DNA of 64,000 bases. Source: Amoebidium appalachense (lineage: Eukaryota > Protista > Ichthyosporea). Under the pieces are notes generated by a model, which was not told where the DNA came from, made no database searches, and was given only the letters and a program-made list of their open reading frames with translations. Position numbers and translations under genes: made by a program. The stretch covers positions 9,179,355 to 9,243,354 of the forward strand of contig CAVNZM010000006.1 in assembly GCA_963693365.1 (NCBI GenBank). Direction: 5' to 3'. Below, one piece after another: positions 54,311 to 64,000 of this stretch (position 1 is the stretch's first letter; each line of letters opens with the position of its first letter).

Positions 54311-56123
54311 AAAACAAAACACCGTGCACATATACACAAAAACACCGTGATACACACACAGTACTTCCCCTAGGCCTCTCAGCTGGCTTGTTTCCTGACC
54401 AAAACCGAGGGCAGACATGCATTTCCCCTCCTTTTTTAACGATGGCAGGACCTCTGTGCTTGGCCAATTGGACGAACTCTGCAGGCAGACTAGCTTATTG
54501 ATGATGGGTGGGTGAGGGTGGGTGGGTGGGGGTCGATGGTGGTGGTGGTGGGGGGGGGGGGGAGGTGGCGGGGGGCGGTGGGGGAGGGGGAGGGAGGGAG
54601 GAGGGTGGGGGGGGGAGCAGGGAGGGGGAGGAGAGTGGGGGGAAGGGGAGGGGGAGGGGAGGAGGGACATAAAAGGGTTCCTATGGATCCCGGACCAGTC
54701 TGACCGAATGGGGAAACTGGGGGATGGTATGCAAGGAGGTGGGCATGGGTATAATGGTGAACGAATTAAGGGGAAGATTTCGAGGGATTCTGCCAGTCGC
54801 ACGGTCGCACGGTCGATGGGTGGGTGGGTTGGGGCGGGGAAGTGAGGATAGGGGGGGGGAGGGGGGGGGGGGGGAGGAGGCTGTTGCAGAGATGATAAAC
54901 TTTTGTGTTTAAATTGGGCTGTTGTACTAATATGCAAGTAATCCAGACAAATCAGGATCAAGTCCACTCAAAGCAAGAGGTGTGTGTTTCATATGATACA
55001 GCAATTAAAGTGCTAAGCCTTCCTCACTGAGTGAAGCTTTGGTGTTGAATACACATGTCATGCACAAGTGATATGTCTCGTGTTCGGGCACACATAAGTG
55101 AATTTGGGCAAGAGCGGTCCGGTAGAGTGGAGAACGAGGCAAGTCATGGGTGGAGGGGGGAAGGTGACGAACTGTACAGTAGAAGGGTGTGGCGTGTGCA
55201 CTCCCCGCGGTAAAGGGGGATGTCTTGTGGGACTTGGGGTGGGGGGGGCCGGGGGTGGAGGGGAGAAGATGGGGGCCGGGCCGAGTGGGTTACTAGTAGG
55301 GGATGATCAGTTGGGAGTTCAGAAACGGGCTGACTAGAATCCCCCCCCCCCCCCCCCCCCCTCCCCCCCCCCTGCTTTTTTTTTTCTCCCTTCCCCGTTG
55401 TGCTCCCGCCTTCCCCCCTTTCCTTCCCAATACCCGCTCCAGTTTCCTTCAGCTCAGTCTTCTTCTGATTTATGTGCCCACACAAAGGTCACCACCCCCT
55501 CCCCCCCCGCCCCACACACGCACACACACGCACACACAACCACCCCATGCACTTTAAATGCACGCACACGCACCACAATGTCTTGAATTCCCTCCTGATC
55601 GGGCCCCAATCCCATATATTTATACTGCCTGTGCCTTTCTTCTACCCTTTTGCTCCCTCGACCTTGCTTTCGAGATGCCATGTCATTACGGGAAGCTTAA
55701 GGCAACCACAGTTTCCCCATCAAACAGTACTAGTATGCTACACTCCTAGATTCATGCTGTTCTGTTTCGCTATTTTACTATCCCCCCTTCCCCCCCTTCA
55801 CCCCTCACCCCCATGGCAACAACACACATGCACACACGCACGCCCATGGCCGCATGCACACACACCACGGCTTATGGGGCTTCGTTAATAGTGCCCGCGC
55901 TCCGGATACATTCACTGTCAAACCTGCCAAGCCCTCTCTTCATCCACCCGTTTGCTCCGTCAACGACTTCACTCGTTATTGCTTTAGCATTTTTGTCATG
56001 AGAAGCGCACCTATAGTTTTCTCACCAAGTAGTACTGGCCCATAGCTGTTCCATTTTACTTTTATTCAAGTTATCATAATCGTTAATTACATTGTTCTTG
56101 GTCTGATAGTTTCACTTAATATA

Positions 56124-56190
56124 AAGAAACATAACAGTCAGTTGCTGGTTTATTAGTGGAAGAAACATAACAGTCAGTTGCTGGTTTATT
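56124..56190 (-). repeat. 31-bp direct duplication carrying AATAAA, probable poly(A) signal of the PTTG1IP-like gene
   Basis: AAGAAACATAACAGTCAGTTGCTGGTTTATT twice (56124-56154, 56160-56190); each reads AATAAA on the minus strand ~350 nt after the stop. Confidence 0.7.
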
Positions 56191-56536
56191 TCAAAGGAGC
56201 TTGGAGTAGGTCGTCTGTCGAGTTACTAAATGTGATATCGCTGTTGGTCATTTAAAGCTAATATTTATCACTTGAAATTCTACATATTAGAAGGATGATC
56301 ACAGGGAGTTCTGGAGCTCGAAGTTCCAGCAACTGCTTCGAAGAACATGATAGGCCATGCATATATATGTGTGCGTGCCTACCAAACCGATGAAGTTCAA
56401 CCATTTTAAGTTGATCATGATAAGTTCGAAGGCCTAGTTGATTATGTAGATTTTAATAGTGGAGTTCAGTCAGTTTTAGACAGTTCAAGTGTTTTCCGTC
56501 TCAAGATTTTTAGGTTATAACAAACGAGCTGAAGGA

Positions 56537-56959
56537 TCAAAGCTTGTCGTGAAGGCTCTCCCCGCTACGGTCGACGTTGGGGAGGGTCCCAGCACCATTC
56601 AAGTTGTATTTCTTGCGGATTTCGTCGTGCTTGTTCTTGTTTGTCTCGCGCCTCTCCTCGTTGCGTTGAGCTCTGACCGTGCGTGCCGTTTCCTCTGCCT
56701 CGTCTTCTTGCTTCAGCCAACCTTCACGCTGACGACGGGCTCTCTTGCTGCAGCATCGGTAGATGCAGAACATGATGAGAAGCAGGATGAAAACACCAGC
56801 ACCGATGAGGGAATACAGCACAATTTTCTGCTTCTTCTCGTCGAGCTGTTCGTACTGGTAGATGGGGTTGAGGTCGGTAGCGTTGAAAGCCAACGCCGGG
56901 TCAGCTTTGGAAAGAAGGCACGCTAGGAGAGCGGTCAGAGAAGGAATAGCGACAGCCAT
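56537..56959 (-). CDS. Intronless PTTG1IP/PBF-like type I membrane protein (140 aa), no PSI domain
   Basis: Signal-peptide-like N-terminus, NAT sequon, TM helix IVLYSLIGAGVFILLLIMFCIY, RCC, then charged helix ending NEERR...KHDEIRKKYNL, the PTTG1IP-family signature (HDEIRKKY). Confidence 0.8.
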   Translation of the reverse strand: MAVAIPSLTALLACLLSKADPALAFNATDLNPIYQYEQLDEKKQKIVLYSLIGAGVFILLLIMFCIYRCCSKRARRQREGWLKQEDEAEETARTVRAQRNEERRETNKNKHDEIRKKYNLNGAGTLPNVDRSGESLHDKL

Positions 56960-57856
56960 GTTTCTGGATTTTCAATGAGGAACACGAAAGAATGGGGTTT
57001 GGCTGTCTGGCTAGGAGACGAAATGAATGCGTTTTCAACGACACCCTTGGAAGGGATCGTATTCTGCCGGCAACGGTTGGGAAGAAGCCTTCGAATATGA
57101 TTGGATGAAGCGATTCACATCTGTGCACATCAACAAGGCAGCCTAGGTCGGGTTGAAGTACCAACCCATAAAATACAGAGTGATACAAGGAAACTTCTTC
57201 TTTTAGCCTATACATCGCAAACTTTATATGTAAAAATCTAAACCCTAATGAATATAGAAAGGAAAAAATGCAGCTGCTCCTTCGTATGACGAGTAAACCC
57301 GGTGCACGTGTCATCGACATGTTGATTTGCAAAATGTCAGGATTGATCACAAATCATTTAGGCGTCTATTCGGTGCGTTTTAGGCCAATCCTTGCGCTTG
57401 TAACAAGGATAAAATACCAATCGGCAGCAAGAAAATTGAACCATATATGGGTCAGGAGCAAGCTGTGGCGGAGGGCTGCCACCGTCACGTTCAGATGTGA
57501 ACCGTGGTGGAGGTGACCATGCATGTTGCACGTGTTTTTCCATGTCGCCAAGGTGGCACAGTGAAGATTTTGGAAAAGTTTGACCACATGCTCTTACAAC
57601 ACATGCGAGATTTTGAAGGAGACACCCAAGTACGCGTACGAGCATGCTATCTAATAGATCTAGGCTACGCATGGCATACGCAATACTATTCTGAGCACAC
57701 ACGGTGAACGGTGGCACATACGTATGGCACGTAATTGAATCAATATTATTATGTGGTGCTTATTTATTGAATGTTGATTGGCTCGAGAAACATACAACCA
57801 CAAAAATCTGAAGCATATGCATACGCACACACACACACACACACATGTACACACGT

Positions 57857-57898
<42 letters not shown>

Positions 57899-57978
57899 GC
57901 AAACATACACACACACATGTACACACACACGCACGCACACACACACACACACACACACACATTTACACACGTGCACAC

Positions 57979-58045
<67 letters not shown>

Positions 58046-58520
58046 CCCGGCATCAACGTTAACTGCTGCAAGAGCACCTGAGACCAACATCATATCCATA
58101 GTCAGGATTGTTTGTTCTGGTCAGATCAATGCCAAATCATGTCAGTTAACCTCGAATTCGTACCACTGGTGACACCAGGTCAATCCAGCCTCATACACAC
58201 ATTGATCATTTATTATTATTACGGTGCACAGCACCGACTGAAAATTACGGTTGCCTTTTTTTAAGTAGCCTATATACCAGCACATTATAAAATATAAACT
58301 TTAAGGTAGGACCGTGAAGGCTTCCCGTTGGTGTTGTATCAATTTTCTCGGCAACGAGGAGGGAAAAAAAAAAAAAAAAGGGGGGGGGGGGGGGGGGGGG
58401 GGGCAGGGAGCTAGGAGCTAAAAACATTCAGAAACTCTCTGACATCTATGTGAGTTTGTTGGTGCACACGGGTGAGTGAAAGTATGTATGTGGATGGGCA
58501 TGGGTGGTGTTGATGTGCCG

Positions 58521-58634
<114 letters not shown>

Positions 58635-59185
58635 AGGGGGGGAAAGTTCGAGGATACTCATGATGAAATCATCTTTCCTCTCGCATTAATGAATACACAG
58701 CTGGATCCAATCGCCTCACAGAAATCGTAAGACAACCAACTTCAAAGGACACTTTCGTATCTGTTGGGAAGGAATGGTCCCACGAACCATCAAGTTCCAC
58801 CGCCAAAGGAGCTGAACTATGACGCCAGTTTGCGCACATACTTATTCCGTGCACTTGCACCTATTTCCCAAAGATATCCGCCTCCATACCAGGTACGCCT
58901 GCAGGAAAAAGAACTATGTGAGAGACAACATCTAACTGGGTGTGGCCTGAAAGGCATTGTTTTCCTTTCGTAAACATGTCCCTCCCTGAACGCAGGCATA
59001 AAGAAGAATCTTAATCAAAATGTCGTGTTCGAAGGGCTTGACAATCTGTGTTGTTACCATAGTTCTCTCGTTGTGAATGGTCAACAGAGTGAGACAGAAG
59101 TAGAACAGTGTGTGCTTGCCAGGGGGGAGAGAGAACAGCGGGGAGAAAGGCACACACAGAGGGAGACCGCACGCGTGTGTGTGTC

Positions 59186-59217
<32 letters not shown>

Positions 59218-59231
59218 GGGGGGGGGGGGGG

Positions 59232-59267
59232 TTGAATGCGGAATACGGTACGAAGTACGCATACACG
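59232..59267 (-). repeat. Dispersed ~35-bp poly-C-associated element, copy B
   Basis: Plus strand TTGAATGCGGAATACGGTACGAAGTACGCATACACG directly after a G-run; one mismatch to copy A. Confidence 0.9.
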
Positions 59268-59360
59268 AAGGACACATGCAAAGGCAAACATTCAAGTATG
59301 CAACATCAGCCATGAACACAGTATGCGTCATAAGCAGAGCCCATCCTCAGGGAGGGCCCA

Positions 59361-59404
<44 letters not shown>

Positions 59405-59566
59405 CATTTTGATATGGAAAGAACAAGCGCTGGAGCAGGAACCCTAAAGAAAATGGGAGAGTTGTGCCAGAGAAAACACGTGAAAGCATATGTTGAGGGT
59501 TCGTCGGGTTAGTAGCTATGTCGGGTATAGAGTGGAGTGCTGACGTGTGTGAGCATACAGTCCCCC

Positions 59567-59603
<37 letters not shown>

Positions 59604-59752
59604 ACCCCACCACCACACACAGACACACACATTGCCGGAGGGGGCTTCCGGATGAAAGTTGTTTTGGAGGAAAAAATGGACAAAAACCACTAAGATGTTA
59701 AAAAAAAAAAAGCCAGACGAAAGAAAAAGGTGGGATAAAGCAGGTAAGATGA

Positions 59753-59827
<75 letters not shown>

Positions 59828-59899
59828 GCGGGGATAAGTAGATGGGTGTGCTCGACAGATAGGTGGGAAGCCCGCGGGGAGGGGGGGGGGGGGGGGGGG

Positions 59900-59933
59900 T
59901 TGAATGCGGAACACGGTACGAAGTACGCATACA
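59900..59933 (-). repeat. Dispersed ~35-bp poly-C-associated element, copy C
   Basis: Plus strand TTGAATGCGGAACACGGTACGAAGTACGCATACA between two G-runs; identical to copy A over 34 bp. Confidence 0.9.
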
Positions 59934-60007
59934 GGGGGGGGGGGGGGGGGGGGGGGGGGGGGAGAGGCAGGAGGGAGTGGCACAGAAAAATGCTCAGAGA
60001 GGTCCAA

Positions 60008-60150
60008 TTGTAGCACTGATATGTAAGGAGTGTTCCCATAGCTAATGAATTCCTACTTTTGCATGCCGGCTTGTAGAAGTCCACCAGTATCCTCGCAGTC
60101 TTGTCCACTGTGGGGTGGCCGCAGTGCCGGTGCACATTCGTCAACCTACA
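60008..60150 (-). mobile_element. Degraded Ty3/gypsy-type integrase zinc-binding (H2C2) fragment
   Basis: Minus translation LTNVHRHCGHPTVDKTARILVDFYKP, continuing after a frameshift as GMQK*EFIS, resembles H...GH.G.dkT...l...fywpgM..dv..fi. No LTRs or other domains seen. Confidence 0.45.
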
Positions 60151-60194
60151 CCAAATAGTCTGAGCAACAAAACCAGGCCTCCCATACCTATGCC

Positions 60195-60247
<53 letters not shown>

Positions 60248-60529
60248 AGGTACCTCAATACAACCCCAAAGGAACACACACACACATGCACACACACACA
60301 CACACACACATGCACACGCACACACACGCAGGCAGGCATTCACCCACGCACACATAGGCGGCTTCTGAGAAACCCAGAAAGCAATGTTGAGAGGGCAGGG
60401 AAGGGGTTTTGCAAGTATTTAGTCCAAAGGCACACAACGAAGGTACGGGGCAATACAAGGAGTGCACTGCACATGTGCATGTGTGCGGTAAGTGAAAGGT
60501 GGGTACGTTTGTGGGGGGTTTTTTTTTTT

Positions 60530-60576
<47 letters not shown>

Positions 60577-60913
60577 TGGCAACAGTATACATTACATAGA
60601 ACGAAGATCATATATCACCAAAAAGTCGGTGCATAGCAGGTATAGCATGCCCTAAATATTATCCAAAGAGTATGCAATATGGGCAGAGAGGGGAGAGGGG
60701 GGGAGAGGCAACTTTACGGCTGCTACGCCAAAGGCCCCCAAAGCCAAGCATTGTTTCGCATCAGTTCAGGGCAGAAAATATTTTGGATCTTCCTTGAATG
60801 TGCAACGAGTGTATTGGGTAGGCACGCAAAAGAAAGTGAGGCAACAGGGAGGTATCTTAAGGGAGATGAGGTGTGGGTGTGGGTGTGTATGTGCGCGTGT
60901 GCATGTGCATGCG

Positions 60914-60946
<33 letters not shown>

Positions 60947-61460
60947 GTGGAGGGTGGATGGGCAGTGGTGGTGGTGGTGGTGGTGGTGGGGGTAGTGGCC
61001 AATACCAAACTAGCTGCTCTTGAGGAATACTCAAAACAGCAGTTGTCTTTCGCCCACCTGGACACCAAGTCATTATTGGCCCAAGCTGCGTACGTTTTTC
61101 ACTAATTGCCGAGAAATGAAAGCCCGGTATTTTACACATAACTATGGGTCTATGGCTCTCTTACTTAGAATACTATATACATGGGTTCCTGACTGCATGT
61201 ATATGATCTAATACTTTCATCACACACCCCCTCCAAAGGTGTCCAGTCAGGCTTTCGAATAGAGCAAGTTAGCATAGTGTTTTGGTCAATAGGGCATGAA
61301 AGACAAAATCTGTCATCCTGAGTGGAGGGGGCTTACCGGTTGATGCTTGTGAGCACCGACGACACCGAACCTCTTTGAAAATAATCCGTTTTTGATCGCT
61401 AGTTTCTGAAAGATTGTGCCCGTGGTTAGCTCACCTTTGGCTCTGCTATGAATTCAGCTC

Positions 61461-61491
<31 letters not shown>

Positions 61492-61637
61492 AAAAAAAAA
61501 ACCCTCGAACACACACATATGCAACACCCTCCTTACCCCAAAGAGAAGTAGTGGAAAATGAAAGAGAGAAAGAAAAAAACACTTATCAACTTGCCAACAA
61601 TACGATAATGCGCAATATTCAGGTTAGGTGCAGAAGC

Positions 61638-61669
<32 letters not shown>

Positions 61670-62836
61670 AGGTGCCGCCTCCATAGCATCGGGTCATGTT
61701 CAGGCAGGTGCCGCAGGGGTAAAGGGGGCAAAAGGGGGTCAAGGGGAAAAAGGGGGGGGGGGGGGGGGGGGGGGGGGAGGGGGGGGGGGGGGGGGGAGGG
61801 GGGGCGTGAGGGAGGGAGAAGGAGTTTTCCCCTTCTGGCACCGTCCAAAAAAATAAATTTATAAAAAATAAGATAGGTGGGAGTGTTATAAAAAAAATAT
61901 CTATGCCACTGGCTCTCAAATAGAAAACCAAAAAGAGCACGTGGAAGTGTAGGAACGAAGAGTTATAAACAGAGTGCTCCAGTGCACCACCACATTTTCG
62001 CGGTTAAACGGTTACCACAATCAGGAATGTTTGCACCTGCGAGATACGGCCCTCCTTACCTCTATTTGCTCGATGCACCAGGCAGCCAAACGCAGCACTC
62101 TCCTGGGAAATAAAAATATGAGGAAGGGATAAGGACATTTTTAAATCTCCGATGTGGGTAGTTTTTGACACAGCGAGTGTATACTGCACTATAGAATTTA
62201 GAAAACAACCACTCTTGGGTGACCATCAAAGTTGCAAGCTCTGTAGCCCAGTCTATATGACGTAGAGATCGAAGGGGATGGGCCAGAAAGGGGAGGAAAG
62301 AGGATATCCTATGAGGGGGCCTCGGGGCCCGAAAGCACTTTCCGTAAAGGGCGCGGAGCATGTGCATAAACGAAGAGGAATTTGGGGAAGGAGGTGTTGC
62401 CGGGGCAAAAAGAACACATAAGTTAACCGTGCACCACCGTGAGTGAGTGAAAAGCAGTATGGGGCTACGGAGGTCTGTCTATTGTCCATGACAAAAGGGA
62501 GAGTGTGGAAGAGAGAAAGAAAACACACTGCGTGTGCGTGTTGGAGCAAGTATACGTGTATGCACGTGCACTTGTGGAAAGCAGCAGTGTACAGATAGGA
62601 ACACGTGTGAGTGACCCAAGCGCGGAGGGGAGGGGGCGAGGGGGGAAGGGGAGAAGGGGGGAGGTGCTGCAGTACAAAGATCAAATCTAAAACAACAAAA
62701 AACGAGTTTGAGTACACAAAGGCACGCTAACGACAAAACATAAGAAAGAAGCTTGAGCAGAACCGCATAAACAGGAAAGTCCAAAATCATCTACCTCGCC
62801 GTCAGGGGAGGAATAGGTTTGGGGAGGGGGAGGAGT

Positions 62837-62870
<34 letters not shown>

Positions 62871-64000
62871 CGGTGGGGGTCCTGAGGGGAAGGGCGGGGG
62901 GGGGGGGGGGGGGAGGGGGGAGGGGGGAGGGGGGAGGGGGGTCTTCTTTAGAAGGTGTCATTTACGAGCCGTGCCACGGTGTGTGGAAATCAGGGAGTAA
63001 GGAAGGGATGATTAACTTGCCATCTACACGCCATGGGGTAAAAAAAAGGGCCTGCGGGTTTATGCCAAGGGGGCCTGGGGGCCCGGGGGGAGGGGGGGGG
63101 GGGGGAGGGGGGAGGGGGGGAGGGGGGAGGAGGCACAGAAAGCTAGGGGTTTGCAGACTCCTAACATCCAGCTATTCGGATTCTGTCAAGCAAAAAAAAA
63201 GGGGGGAGGGGGCGGGGGCGGGGGCGGGGGGGGGGGGGGGAGGGGGAGGGGGGAGGAGGAGGGGAATGAAAGACGGGAGGATCCTAATTATAACAACAAA
63301 CCAAGCTGAGACTCGCTTAGGATGGGGTACCTAACGGGTAGGGTGTCAACCTACTGAGGCAAGGCTGTGTGTGGCTGCCATCTCTTTGAGCCACTCCACC
63401 TGGTCGGGGCACAACGTCCACTCTCGCTCTACAGAGCCCATTTAACGTTCAGTTCTGAGTACGGTAGGAAAGATGACCTACATGTATACATATGCATACA
63501 CAGCACCACTTGAGAAACACAGCTGCACCAACTGTGAACCTGGTCCAAAGAACAGATTCGGTATGAAGACTATGCACTCTATGAAAGTATTCTTATCATT
63601 TTATTATTCATCTGACTAGATAGTTGATGTCATCAGCGCAGACTACCTTTCGCCACGTCCAGTAAAAGCTGAACAGCTCCATCTCCAGGTTACTTGTGAA
63701 TCTCAGTCCAGTTTTTCCTATCCTCCAGGATGTATGCAAGCTTGCCAAAACTAGTTACTCTGACCAGAACATCCATACAATCTTCTCTTAGCGTAAAATG
63801 TTTAACCACCAGAGTTCACCAACATTCACTACAAGCCTGGCCATGCATTCACAGGCACTACGCCACACTTTCAAAGGGTGACCAAGTAGCACACACGCAC
63901 ACAGGAAAAAAAAACTCTAAAAAGGATGAAAGTAGTCAGGTTGAGATCGACGGATCCGATTCGGAAGCACGTGAAGTTGCCGAAGGCAAAACTTTCACTG

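Noticed and set aside
56489-56926. 145-aa plus-strand ORF
   Set aside because: Antisense shadow of the PTTG1IP-like CDS.
63612-63700. VCADDINYL on the minus strand resembling the reverse transcriptase YADD motif
   Set aside because: Very short open frame with no other RT motifs recognisable.

Overview
Eukaryotic, intron-dense DNA, probably from a unicellular opisthokont/holozoan-like organism (inferred, not established). Introns and intergenic DNA are saturated with poly-G/poly-C, poly-T/poly-A and (TG/CA)n tracts, so almost all of the supplied ORF track is spurious. Manual splicing recovers six genes: (1) the 5' part of a BLTP1/KIAA1109/Csf1 bridge-like lipid transfer gene (minus, runs off the left edge, one GC-AG intron, two candidate micro-exons); (2) a divergent CCDC172-like coiled-coil gene behind a palindromic E2F site; (3) TIM17; (4) ASC-1/TRIP4 (zf-C2HC5 + ASCH) with one junction that is out of frame; (5) a TMEM134/TMEM230-family gene (minus); (6) an intronless PTTG1IP-like membrane protein lacking the PSI domain. 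The most unusual non-coding signals are a dispersed ~35-bp hairpin-capable element always attached to a poly-C tract (3 near-identical and several decayed copies), a transcript-polarised poly-C tract just after many 5' splice sites, a fixed T(n)->G(n) order in compound homopolymers, and a minisatellite built from an exon/donor junction. All family assignments come from remembered motifs, not database searches.
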